A stretch of DNA of 64,000 bases from Anthoceros angustus (taxonomy: Eukaryota; Plantae; Anthocerotophyta), in NCBI GenBank assembly GCA_010909165.1, contig VJWM01000011.1:1302001-1366000 (forward strand), given 5' to 3'. The notes below the pieces were generated by a model. The model made no database searches. It was not told where the DNA came from and worked only from the letters and a program-made list of their open reading frames with translations. The translations under genes were made by a program, and so were the position numbers. This document shows positions 37,490 through 49,933 of the stretch, piece by piece (positions within the stretch are counted from its first letter, which is position 1; every line of letters begins with the position of its first letter).

Positions 37490-38553
37490 GGATATCGTGC
37501 CTTGTTTCACGCCAAGAACTCCACAAGTGTCAACACTTGGCAGTCGAGCTCCTACAAGGAAGAGATCAAATTGGATGAATCAATTTGCATCTTTGCGGAG
37601 AAGACATGGATCGTCACCACGCTGGTGGTGCGAAGGAAAAGACCAAATCTGCCCCTCGGGCTGCAATTGCTAGGGATGTAATGTGCAGCATAAGGGTTTT
37701 ACGAACTCCTCGGCAATGTCAAGAGAAGTGGGATTCTTTGTTTTGCGATTACAAGAAGATCAGTGATTACCAAAAAGCCATTCCTTCTGGACAGGATGGG
37801 TATTGGAATCTGGACAGGAAATCTAGAGCTCAAGCCAGTTCAGCTTTGAATTTTTTCTACCAAGTGTATGACTTAATGAGTGCATGGCTGCAGCAGAGTA
37901 AGAGTGTGAATCCAGCCGGCTTAGTTTTCGACTATGGAGAGCTGAGCAGTGCAGGTATATTTCTCATAGCCACTGTATGCTAAATTGACAACTGCTGCTT
38001 GGCTGGAGTACATTAGTCTCATGATCATATGTTTACTTTGTGTGTGCAGGTACCTGCAATCAAGCTACACATTCCAGTAGTTCTATTTCCACTTATGAAG
38101 AGTTCGATCTCTTTGGACACGGCCAAAACCCAGATGTTACACAAGTGCCAAGTCATTGCAGTCAATCTTCTGAAGATATGGAAGCTGGAAGGAGCCAATG
38201 ACAAACACCAGAGACTACAAGTACGGCTGTGTCACCTTAATTTGAAGGGTTCCAATCAAGGGAAAAGGCGAAAGCTGAGTGGCAAATTAGAGGAGGGTCT
38301 CTTATTCACTTTGAAGGGCAACAACTAAGCTTTGGTTGATGCATTCACAGCTGTTGAATCTAGCCGCGAAAAAAGACATGCTGAAATGGAAGAACAGGAC
38401 AAACAAAGGCATAAAGACATTCTGAAGTTGGAAAGCCACAGAATTGACATTGAGTCGCAGAATACCGCACTGTACGTGGCAACACTCAAATCCATAGGTG
38501 AAAACATCCGGTTTGTGGGAGATTCTATTCTGAAATCTAATACTCAAGAATAG
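37490..38553 (+). pseudogene. Harbinger Myb/SANT(trihelix)-like DNA-binding gene, disrupted
   Basis: RTPRQCQEKWDSLFCDYKKISDY...YWNL; intron ~37955-38050; C-terminal coiled coil; premature stops. Confidence 0.75.
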
Positions 38554-38615
38554 TGAGTGATTATTTCTAGGCTTCCCAGCTGCAGGCTAGCTTAGGAAGA
38601 CTCTGAGGATATGTA

Positions 38616-38861
38616 TAAAAGCAGGCAAGTGTACGCCATGTGAGGATCTTCACTATGCGGTGGTCAAACACCAGGTAGCGGGGCAAGTGCACGCGTACAT
38701 GTGGATGAGCAAAAGCAGTGGTCAATTGTATTGAAAAGAAAAGAGTGTTATATAGCCAAAGGCTCATTCGGTTATTAAACCGATCAAACTGAAGATATAA
38801 AACTACCACTAGCTAGGTAGATAACTGCCAAAGCAGTTACTAACTTAAACATATTCTAATA
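38616..38861 (-). repeat. Copia 3' LTR
   Basis: Direct repeat of 49620-49865; adjacent PPT at 38862-38870. Confidence 0.95.
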
Positions 38862-39270
38862 CTCCCACTTAGTTGAAATATTTTCAAAGTGGAAATAAAG
38901 CTAGAGGTGTAGCTAAGATGTCCTTTACAGTCTCAAAACTAGTATCTGTACTCACACTCACGGGAGAGGCATGCAACCCTCTCTCACAAACTTGCTATTA
39001 CGCTCCTGCGCCTTCTCTCTCTTCCGACGCTCACTGTCGCCTATATCTCGTCCCATGGCGACACTAAGCATCACTGAGTTGCTCCTCCTCTTGTTCTCGG
39101 TGACCATCCTCGCCATCTTCCTCTCTCGATCGCGTCCCTCTTGTTGCTGCCACCAGAATCTCCAAGTCTTCAGCATGTCTCATTCTGTCCAGGGTCTCAG
39201 GTGCATGAGCTGTGAGAGAGCCTGGATTCCGGTGAGGAAATTCTCGGAACGCTAGTCCTTCCTTCACAAC

Positions 39271-39807
39271 ATGTTCTGTCTTGACTCCAGCTTAGTATCC
39301 TTTAATGCTCCCACTGGAGCTCCATTGCCAGCAGAGAGTTCCAAAGCCAAAACTGCTAGACGGTTCCAGAGCTTCGATGACAAGGGCACTCCTCGCCAGG
39401 TGTTCGCTGCTCCTAGTGTGGAGTTCAACAAGATGGTCTGCAAGGAGACTGAACAAAAAGGCAAAAGAGGAGTAGGAACTGTGGCTTTCGACACTGCAAA
39501 GGAGGAACTGTTGGCTTGCATGAATGTGCCTCTGCCAATGGATTCTGACGACGAGGCATACATGGAAAGAGAGTGGGGAGTGAAGACTGGCAAGAAAGTG
39601 CAGAAGGAGACTTCAACAAAGAAGGAGAAAACCAAGGCAACAAAAGAAAAGTGCAAGCTTGCATCTCATATGACAGAATCAGGAGTTCTTGTAGATTATG
39701 GCTGTAAGTTCCTAACTTGGAAACGCTATGTCTATGACCTGCCTTGCCTGCTAGGGTGGTTGCTAACACTCCTGTGGTTGGACAGCTCTCAAAGAAGAGT
39801 TTGCTAA
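39271..39807 (+). CDS. Antisense ORF in the Copia 3' region (178 aa, unknown function)
   Basis: Open ATG ORF between RNase H and the PPT; Lys-rich middle and hydrophobic C-terminus. Confidence 0.35.
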   Translation: MFCLDSSLVSFNAPTGAPLPAESSKAKTARRFQSFDDKGTPRQVFAAPSVEFNKMVCKETEQKGKRGVGTVAFDTAKEELLACMNVPLPMDSDDEAYMEREWGVKTGKKVQKETSTKKEKTKATKEKCKLASHMTESGVLVDYGCKFLTWKRYVYDLPCLLGWLLTLLWLDSSQRRVC

Positions 39808-39891
39808 ATCTGAAAAGGCGCGTGAAACCTGGTGAAGCTGCTGAAGTCACAAGGCAAACTCCCACTGGAGGATTAGAACCAGCAAGCCTAG

Positions 39892-40623
39892 CTAATGGGC
39901 AGAACCCTTAGTAGAAAAAGCAGGAATGAGACAAATGCCAGCAGCTAGAGTGTGTTTTTCGTGAACAGGTTTAGAGAGTGCTTTTGTAAGTAGATCAGAA
40001 ACATTGTCCTCTGTCGGGACATATGATACAATTACCTCTCCTTGTTCAGCTACCTGGCGTATGAAATGATGACTAATCTCAATGTGTTTAGAACGAGCAT
40101 GAAATACAGGATTCCTAGAAAGTGCGATGGCAGATTGATTATCACCCCAGAGTGGTGTGGGTCCAGATTGTAGCTGGCCAAGTCCTTTGAGAAAACTTCG
40201 TATCCAGATGATTTCCTTTGCAGCATGAGTCATGGCAGCATACTCGGCCTCCGTGGAAGATAAGCAGATGATAGATAATTTTTTGCTACTCCATGAGACG
40301 GCTGAGTTGCCCATAAAGGTGCAATATGTCACACTCACGGTGTCTGGATCCCGCCCAATCCGCAGATCGTAGTGAGAGCTAAACCATCCTTAGACCTTCC
40401 AAACGTAGACCTTTGCAACCTTTAAAATCCGCTAGGACGGCTGGTCAATTCTCCGAGCCCACAGCAGACCAACGCCGAGTAATGTCCATTCGTCCACCTG
40501 TAAAGATAGATTAAGGACCAATCGCCTGCAGAGGGTACCTTGCTCATGGCCATCTTCTCATCATCAGTGGTAGGGCATTGCTCCGAAGAAAGCTTCTCTC
40601 CAAGTGCCATTGGGGTGGCAAGG
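39892..40623 (-). pseudogene. Copia RT C-terminus and RNase H
   Basis: ATPMALGEKLS; SWSSKK..LSSTEAEY; GDNQSAIAL..NPVFHARSKHIE; SDLLTKAL. Confidence 0.92.
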
Positions 40624-43600
40624 TGTGGTAGGAAACCCGGGCACTCCGAGGTCCTCCCACTATAGCGCCACACTTATCCCACGCTGCCAGACGCTGGGTT
40701 TCGGCCCCATGAGACTTGTGTGAAAGTTCGAGGTCTTGTGATGTCCGATCGCCACCGCAGAGACACAACTTCTAAACAAGCAAGGCGCCTCTACTCTCCT
40801 CTTACAGCACTGCACTTGCACGCTCAAAAATCGCCAATCCTCGACCTACAACGACAAAACAATTGGTGTGTCCTCGAATGAGGAGCCTATCACGGCGCCT
40901 GTGGACCCCGATCCACACCGCGATTTCGTCCCTACTCTAAGACCACTCTCCACCTGTGAGCGCCTTTACTTGCAGTGATTTGGGATTCGTCCCTTAGGCT
41001 CGCCGTGGCCTTCCACTAACACCTACACCTCTAATCCTCTACTCATCTTCTCATCTCCTCATCCTCTTCCTCCTATTCTAACCTCGCCGGGGCTTATCGC
41101 TCGCCGCCTCACGGCACAACCGCCTGGGTCGGCCCACCACAAGTTCTTCCTTGGGCTTGCTGAGTTTGACACCGAGCGCCTCCAGTGGAGTCTTTCCTGT
41201 GGTCTACCCGCCGAGAGTTCCGGCATTTGCCACACACCAAAGCAAAGCAATTTCACAACAACCATTCACAAGGGGAGCAACTGCTTAGGCACTTGCAGGA
41301 GCAAGTCCTCCACCAAGCACTCCGACCACCGCGACTTCCTCTACCAGACGGTTGGCTCACAGCAAAATTCCTCAGAATGGCAAAGGACTCGGAGGGTGGA
41401 AGCGCAAGACATGATACTTTACTTTGTGAAATCCTCCTCCTCTTATAGGAGGCCTTCCACATACAACCTCCCTTGGTGACCCTACCGCAGTCACCTTTTC
41501 CAATTTTCTATTATTTCCTACCGCCAAGATTTAATGTCCGCACCTAAGTCTATTGTCTCCTTGGTAAATTCTATTCTAGTAACTTCACCTAAGTCATCCT
41601 TAAGGATGTCACATCACCTCCTTCCTATTCTTCTACCTAGCATTTATGGTCTTGACCATCTAGTCTTCATCTCGTGGGACATGTCTTGTGGATTGGCTCT
41701 CGCCTCCTTTTGCTCTTGCCCCTTCCTTTGTCCGCCTAATGTGGGCAAGTACACCGCCTTCCTCCATCTCCGCGGCGCTGATTCCTCCGCCTCCGCCTCG
41801 CCCAAGACCTAGGCGCCTTTTCTCCAGCCTCCGCCTCGGTCGCCTGCTCATCAAGACTACCGCTGTAGTCCGGCAGATCATCGGGTAGGTCACTACCTAC
41901 CATGGTAGTCCGCCCTATCTCCTTCCTTCTTCCTTCCTCCGCTTGAGGGTTTCTGGTCAAGATCTCCATTTTTGCCTTCCGCTTGATTTGTCCATACCTA
42001 TCATAGAGCATCTAAAGATTCATCCCCATCCGCCCACCATGCGATCCTCTAATCTCTCCGGCCCTTTCTGGACTCCTCCTGGTCCTGCCTCCTTACTCAT
42101 GGGTAAGGGAATTCTCACCCTTCCTCCCTCCGACGGGTGGACCCCGCCCTTCTCTCTCTCCTGGGTTGTCTCCCACCGCCCTCTCCGAGGGACCCCCCGC
42201 CTCCCATCCTCCACCCAGCCTCCGGCCTCCAACAGCCTGTGCTGTGCACCACCCCTAGTCCGCATCACCGCGGTGAGTCCCCACGTAGTCAGATCACTGG
42301 TAGGTGGTCACCCACTGGTAGGGTGACTGAGGGCGGGCCCCTCCCGCTCCTCGCCTCCCACCTTGGTGCCACACGGCCTCCTCCGCCTCCCGACTCTCGA
42401 CCCTGAGTCCATTTCACCGATGGCCTCATCAAAATGAGGCCTCCGCACTTGCTGCCCTTCCGATCATCATCATGAGGACCAATTGTCCTCCTCTTGGCCA
42501 AACGCAACACTCATTGTTGGCCTTCAAGATCTTGTGGAGGTGAGCCCCAAGCTATGATATTGCATTTGGAGATCATCAACTCCGTGGCCACTCTCCATCT
42601 CTCATTGTAGGCATCTCTTGTGGTTAATTCCCACCTTCACATGGAGGGTTACATTCTCCTCCCTCACTCCCGCTTTTTTCGGCAAGGGCATGCCGCCCAA
42701 GGCTTCCTCACCACCAAGATTCTGCACCACCTTCTTGTGGTGCTCCTCCCGACCTCCCCTCCTGTTCCGCTAATTCCGGACAAGCCCTTCCTCTCCGCTA
42801 AGCATTCTTTTCGCCCAGCCTCCAATTGCTGGTCTTGAGCTCTCCAGCCTCCTCCAAATTATACCGGTCCTTCTCAATTCCTCTCCATATCCCGGATTTT
42901 GATGGCTTGAGTAGCCATCACCGCTCATGTGGTCCGAGTCGCCTCCTTCCTAGTGCCTCTTTGCTCTTCCTTTCTTGCCTTGGGCAAAATGCTCTTCCGC
43001 CTTTGCCTCCAAGAGTCCTTTTGGTTGCCCGAATGGCTCTTTCTTCGCTTGGACAACTTCCTTCCAGATTTTCCACGCCTCCATGAGGTCGCTGAGCTTC
43101 CACCCTTTCCAACTTGGCTGCTTTTCATGGACTCCATGGCTTCCAATTGCCACTTAGTCCCCGGCCATGTCTTGAGATTTCGCCTCTTGGCATGCCCACA
43201 AGGAGGCGCTAGCTCTCTAGCCTTCAACCACCACCGAGTGCTTCACAAGCACCCAAAGAATTCTCCTAGGGGTCCTAATTCCACCCTCCTGCCTTCTTGC
43301 TGAAATTTCCAGCCTCCTGCATTTCGCACATGGCTGGTCCCTCACACTCCATCCGCCTCTCCCACCAAGTGCGAGTGGGGCGCCCTCGCCTCCTTCCCTT
43401 CCTAGAGGGTGCCCGCCACGGCGGGGGTGCCTCACCGTAGGTCGCCTCAGTAGTTGCCTACCTACCGTGGTAGTTTGATTACCACGGTAGTCCGCCCACC
43501 CCTTGGTAGGCCGCCTCCCCAGGTAGTGCCGGGTGCCTCACTAGGCACAAATGAGATGGTGGGGACTCCCCACCCTGGCCCCACTCCCCGTGGTTCTCTC

Positions 43601-45425
43601 TCATACACCACCACCCGGCCTTCTCGGCCTTGCCTCCTTCTCGCCCGGCTCGTGGGGAAAATTCCCACTCCAACGTTGCCTCACATCTTCCTTCCTTGGC
43701 CTCTATGCTGTGGAGGTCCGACCTCCCACCGCCTTCCGCAATGCAAAAGGCAAAGGCCTTTCCAAGCTTGGCCGGAGGTGGATTATCTCAAAGGATGCCA
43801 TGCATCTTCAACTCCTTGCTTGTGAGAAGCCCCTGCTCTCCAAATGCACCAAATAGGTGCTAAGATAGCAGTGGCCTTCCTCATCCACAATTTTGAGGAG
43901 CTCTCTATGGTGGATGTATCATACATGATAGTGCCCCAATGCTTGGCTCCTTGAAATCTTCCATAAAATTGAGGAAGTTGGTGCCAAATAAGAGGTCCGA
44001 TAGTTTACCAACCCCAACACAATCTTTTGCAAGAGCCTCCACTTCACTCCTTGATGCTATCCGCCTTCCACCATTTTTATGGGCTTTCACCCTCCATCCA
44101 TCATGTCGAGGACTTCTTGTGGAATATCGAGAGGGCAATCCTCTTCCTCCTTGTCCTCTTCGAGGAGCAGATTCCGAGCTCTCTTCCGGCCTTCATACAC
44201 GAAATGCTCCTTACGGTCCAACGAGGATCCGTCCGAGCATTTCTTCGTAACGCGGGCCTCGATGATGAGATTGATGAAACACTTCAATCAACTCCAAATT
44301 GGTGTAGGCCCATTGGCCATACACCCATCCCAATTGGATGTTATCCTCTCGCCCACCCGAAAATCAACCAAATCCGGGGTTAAGCTGCCCAAAGCAAGTG
44401 AATTGGGCATCTCGACCTCACCCCTCTCGGCGGCGCAGCCCTTCCCTTTCCTCCTCGCGAGGAAGAGCCTCGTGCTTCCTTCCCTTGCCTTTCCAGCTCG
44501 AGGCATGGTGCCTTTCTTCTCCAAATGCTTCAAAGGAAGGAAATTAATCTCGAGGCTTGCTCTCAAACGCCTTTTCTCAGAGTCCTCCAAACCCTCCCCG
44601 AGGCACAATTCCACGTTAGCTTGATGACGCCCCGCCACCGCCAATTTCCCTTGCGATTCCTCCTTCAGGTGCCGATGGTGGTCGCCTCCTTTAACTCAAT
44701 TTCTCAACCTTGCGCCCGCCCAACCTCGCCCACGCTCCTTCCAATGCTGAGGAGACCCTCCTTCTCCCGCCTCTCCTCCTTCCACCTCTCACTCACCGGG
44801 CTCTTCCGCGCTCTTCCCTCGCCCCGCCTTCGTGGGTGCGTGAGGGCGATGGCTTCTCCTTCTCCTCCTTTACGCCTCCGCCTCACTCGTGGAGCGTCCC
44901 TCAAGAGAAAGTTGGAGCCCAAAGCACTTTGCCCTTCTTGATGCCACACCGGAGGCTTCGCAACCCTAGATTGGTTCATCATTCAAATACCTAATTCTAT
45001 CTAATTACCTACACCGCCCGATTACTACCTCTAAATATGTTCCTCTAATTAGTCCTATTTATATTCCTATTGGTGAGCATATATAGTGGATATCCCCTAT
45101 ACTAATTCCCTTTATGGCGAGACTCACAACTACCGGTAGTCCGCCACACCGCGTGGTGCTCCTTTCTACCAAGGGTGGTGCCCTACGGCTGAGGTCCGCC
45201 ACACCGACTTTTGACCGCCTTCCCCTACCGTCTGGGAGCCATTTTGACCCGTTTTTCTTCCTGGGATATCATTTTCACTTCTCTAACAGTATTTTACAAC
45301 TCCAGCTTCAAGATTCTCAAAAGTTTTCTTGGCATGTTTCTTCTCAATCGTTTCTAGCCGAAAAAATCAAACTCGTTCGTCCTTTGGCCAGTTTGGACTG
45401 ATTGCCCAAACTTTTACGTTCCACA
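40624..45425 (-). mobile_element. Nested, highly degenerate LTR (probably Gypsy-like) element inside the Copia RT
   Basis: Splits DAKPV|ATPM; ends TGTGG...CCACA; flank ACAGG versus imperfect CAAGG; faint gag/protease/integrase-like traces on the minus strand. Confidence 0.65.
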
Positions 45426-48400
45426 ACAGGCTTAGCATCAACCATGTGAAAACGTTCCAGCAACTGAGTGACAAAATGCTCTTGGTGTATGTCTATAGTG
45501 CCATCAGATTGGTTGATGTGGAACTGGACACCCAAGGAAAAACTTAATTCACCAAGGTCTGTCATCTCAAACTGAGAGAGGAGGATATACTTAATACGGG
45601 CCATAAGGCTAGCAGAGTTGCTAAACTAAAAATTGTCGTCAACATAGACGGTGACTATAATGAAATCTGCTCCATCTTGGAGAATATACACACTTGTATC
45701 CGCATCCAAGCAGGTGAAACCTAACTCAATGAGGAGCTTGTGGAATACCTCGTACCAAGCTCTTGAAGCTTGTTTAGACCATACAGAGTCTTGAGTAGCT
45801 TACACACCTTGTCCTCATCAATCGCAAAACCCTCAGGTTGGCACATGTAGATGTCTCAAGCAAGCCATTCAGAAAAGCTGTCTTAACGTCTAGTTGATGT
45901 ACAAGTAAATTATAGTGGGCTGCTATAGCTAGGAGAACCCTCACAGAGGTGGACTTAACAACAGGGGCAAAAGTCTCGATGTAATCTAAGCCTGGGATCT
46001 GGCTATAACCCTTTGCTACTAATCGAGCTTTATATATGCCTACAGTCCCATCAGTGTTCAGTTTTTTCTTGAAAACCCACTTGCATGCTACAGGCTTTCT
46101 ACCTTTAGGGAGATCAACCAATTTCCAAGTCTGGTTTTTGATGAGAGACTGATATTCTGAGTCTATGGCAGCTTTCCAGAAGGGGGCTTCAGGACCTTCT
46201 AAAGCTTCTTTATAAGTAGCAGGTTCGCCTAGTGAAGCAGAGACACTAGGGGCTAATGCTGGGGAGGTAGCTACGTGTGCTGTATATGGAGGCTCCTTCC
46301 ACTCAGACATGGGTTTGCGGATACGGGTGGTGCGACGAGGGATGATGACTTCTTCTTCTTCAGGATCAGAGTCAAGATTGTCTACACCAACAGCTTGGTC
46401 AACCTCAAGAGTACCTGAGGAGATCTCTTCATCATGATGGCTGTCGGATGCTTGGGACTGATCATCTTCATCAATATCTGTGACAGCTGAGTGTTGGTGA
46501 GGTGAAACTTGTTGTGCAGCTTCCCCTGGATCCGAAGAAGGAGAATCCTCATCCTCATAGAAGCTGACTTCATCACTCTCATCAGGATCAGTATCAACAA
46601 TACCAGTGATAACAGAAGGAGATGAAGAAGTATCCGAGGACAAAGAAGTAGAGTGGCGACGGAGCAAGGCAGCCTCGTGGAAGATTATACTGCGGGATAG
46701 AATGAGTTGGCGAGTGGCAGGGTTGAAAATTTTATATCCTTTCACCTCTTCGGAGTAGCCAACAAAGATATGTTTCGCTGCCTTGGGGTCGAGCTTGGAA
46801 CGCTGTGCAGGAGGAACAAGGGCGTATGCCGGGGACCCAAAGATGCGCAGGTGGTTTACACGAGGCTTCTTGCCTGTCCATCGTTCAAATGGAGTGATAA
46901 GGCCAAGCTCCTTGGTAGGCAGGCGATTCTGGACGTAATTAGCTGCCATCAAAGCTTCGGCCCAATACCCACGCGTAAGTCCAGCAAATGAAAGTGAAGC
47001 CAAAGTGGCTTCTTGCAAAGTTCTGTTCTTACGTTTAGAAAAAGCATTCTGCTCAGGCGTATAAGGTACAGTGAACTGATGGAGTATGCCTTCCTCCTGA
47101 CAGAATGAAGAAAAAATAGTGCTCATGTACTCACCACCATTGTCTGTTCTTAGAGTGCGAACCTTGGCTGAGGTTTGTCGCTGGGCATATGCCACATACA
47201 GCTTGAAGCAGTCAAAGGCTTCACTTTTGTGTCGAAGGGGGTAAACAACACAATATCTGCTCCATTCGTCAATAAAGGTGAGAAAATAGTTCGCTCCACC
47301 AAAAGAAGCAGTGGACATGGGTCCACAAATGTCGCTATGCACAGTATGTAGCAAGCCATCAGCACGGCTAAGGGCCTTATCCTTGAAGGGAAGAGAATGG
47401 GCCTTACTGAGCTGACATGCCTCGCAGAAAGCATCCTTATCAAAAGGAAAAGAAAGGGGCTCTCTATAAGACTCACCTCGCAGGAGGGAACCTAGACGCT
47501 GAAAATTAACATGTCCCAGACAACAATGCCAGAGTTGGGTTGAAGAAACTTGTGTAGAGTGGACAGTTTGCGGAAAAGAAAAAACTGTCTTAACATTGAG
47601 CAGATAAAGGTCGTGGTGAGGAGCACCTGAAAACAAGGTGTGACCAGACCTGTGTTGAGTGACGTGGCATCCTTGATGGTCAAAACTCACTCGACATCTA
47701 TGTTCCTGCGTCAACTTTAAAACTGATATTAGATTCTTTGTCATGGAAGGGACATAAAGCACGTCTGTAATGGTAAGGTGTGAAGAATCTGGCAGGGCTA
47801 TAGTGGCTGAGCCCGATCCCTTAATTGAAAGTCCACTGTTATCACCCAGGAGCGCAAACTGTTTAGAATCACTCGATGAAGTGAAAGTGGAGAAAGCATT
47901 TCTATGAAAGCAGATGTGACTTGTGGCTCCTGAATCTAAGAACCATGTATCTGACTGGACTTGAGTAGATGAGAGACAGACTGCTAGGATGGAGGGCTGC
48001 TTAGCCTTGCTGATGGTGACATTGCTCTCAGGTGGATGGTCACGCTTCGGCTCTCCATTCTTCTTCTTCCGACAGTCACGCTCATAGTGGCCGAGTATCT
48101 TGCACCAGTTGCAAGCAAATGTCTTCTTAGCAGTTGTGTCCCTCTGGAATGGTTGGTAGGCACCACGTCCTCTCCCTCTGCCACGGAAACCTCCTCTCCC
48201 TCGATGTGAATAACACTCGTGTATTCGATGAAGTAGACCCCTTCGTTTTGTGAATTGCTCCTTGTGCGCTCCTCAGAAATTAGGGCGCCAATAACTTCCT
48301 CGAGGGTAACCTTAGGTTGTTGTCCAGTGAGCTCCCCAATCAGCAGATGAATCGTGGCATTCACCGCCCACGGCGTCGAGAGCGGTGGATGCCAAAAGGC

Positions 48401-48897
48401 AAGTGACAGCCTGGACTTCTGTCAAAACGGTGCCACAGAAAGCAAGGTTAGCTCGTAGCGTTCTAAATTTGTTGATGTATGCCTCAACAGGCTCATTCTC
48501 CCGCATCCTGAGATTGTAAAAGTCTCTGTGCGCATGCATAAGAGAAGCTGAACTCTTATCGTGGTATATGGACTCAAACACTTTCCACACGTCACGAGCT
48601 GTCTTAGCATTTATGGTGTGGGGCATCATATTCCTATCCAAGGCAGCAATGAGAATAGATCTAGCATGCCTATCCTTCCGCTCCCAAGCTAGAATTTCGT
48701 CTGCTGACCTAGGTGGTACTGTGACCTTGAGATCTGTTCCATCCACGATGGAAAACAGTTCATGCTCCTCAAATATTTGTGTTAGTCTCATAACCCAGAT
48801 GCTGTAATCTAACCCATTAAACCTGTCCTTGTCCCTAAACTCTATCTTCAAGGGAGCAGGGACGACAGAAGTAACAGGTTGATAAGCTCCTGCCATT
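45426..48897 (-). pseudogene. Copia gag-protease-integrase-RT (few frameshifts)
   Basis: FNGLDYSIW; CNWCKILGHYERDC knuckle; WFLDSGATSH; LWHCCLGH..CEAC; VHSDICGP; LRTDNGGEY; [10 protein letters not shown]; QLDVKTAFL; YVDD. Confidence 0.95.
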
Positions 48898-49079
48898 GAC
48901 GCGGGTGGGAGAAGGCTGTTGAGAACGGACTGCAACCGTTTCTGCCTTTCAAGCTCTAACAAATTACGCGGTGAGAAGTCCCAGTAGGAATAAGCAGAAG
49001 CATCAGCAGAAAGGAAAGCGATGTCATCCACAATCTCATCGTACCACGCTGATCTATCAGACATAAACAAGGGGAGAAT

Positions 49080-49538
49080 TTACAGAAGGGTGCAGGGCAC
49101 CATGGGACGAACACGACCAACTCTGTTGGACATTGTCTCCAACGCAGAGTGTCCTTCGCACAACAGATGAAGTTCCTTGATGCTGTCGGCGAGTCGGTTG
49201 ATGAAGTCGTCCTGTCTCCTGGCACGCGCTTGTAGCTCCACGATTTGTCTCAAAACGACGCCATCCTTTCTTGCAGGCAGCTCTTGATTCACGGCTGCCC
49301 GGTGGGGGTTGAAGCTCCTCACGAGGTAAGCTAAACGTCGTGGGGAAACGACCTGCCGACGGAGTTGTTCTTGCGCTGTGTGAGATGCGCGCAGAAAGCG
49401 ACTCCGAATTGCTGGGGTAGTTTCACGCCCTTCCTCGGATCTACAATAGTCGCAGATGGGCAAGCGCTCTGGCTGCCTAAGATGTAAGTTCCTACGTGAT
49501 GATCTGACTGGAGAGGGCTGAAATCTACGCCTTGGCAT
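49080..49538 (-). CDS. Extra ORF between the PBS and gag (152 aa, unknown function)
   Basis: ATG 70 bp after the PBS; CxxC plus a coiled-coil-like segment (IVELQARARRQDDFINRLADSIKEL). Confidence 0.4.
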   Translation of the reverse strand: MPRRRFQPSPVRSSRRNLHLRQPERLPICDYCRSEEGRETTPAIRSRFLRASHTAQEQLRRQVVSPRRLAYLVRSFNPHRAAVNQELPARKDGVVLRQIVELQARARRQDDFINRLADSIKELHLLCEGHSALETMSNRVGRVRPMVPCTLL

Positions 49539-49619
49539 TGTGGAAACGGGCTAGCCGGATCATGGGACCTTCGGTGCACGAGCGCCCTATGCGATTGCCT
49601 AGAGTTCGCTCTGATACCA

Positions 49620-49865
49620 TAAAAGCAGGCAAGTGTACGCCATGTGAGGATCTTCACTAGGCGGTGGTCAAACACCAGGTAGCGGGGCAAGTGCACGCGT
49701 ACATGTGGATGAGCAAAAGCAGTGGTCAATTGTATTGAAAAGAAAAGAGTGTTATATAGCCAAAGGCTCATTCGGTTATTAAACTGATCAAACTGAAAAT
49801 ATAAAACTACCACTAGCTAGGTAGATAACTGCCAAAGCAGTTACTAACTTAAACATATTCTAATA
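49620..49865 (-). repeat. Copia 5' LTR
   Basis: Followed on the minus strand by TGGTATCAGAGC; flanked by TSD ATGTA at 49866-49870. Confidence 0.95.
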
Positions 49866-49933
49866 ATGTACAACACTAGTGTTTCCCAAAGCCTGTGAGA
49901 TTCTTGCACATTGTCACCTTCTTGTCTCTCAGC

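Larger units (their letters stand above)
38616..49865 (-). mobile_element. Ty1/Copia LTR retrotransposon with TA...TA LTR termini
   Basis: 246-bp LTRs at 38616-38861 and 49620-49865 (3 mismatches), TSD ATGTA, tRNA-Met PBS (49608-49619), PPT AAGTGGGAG; order gag-PR-INT-RT-RH. Confidence 0.97.
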
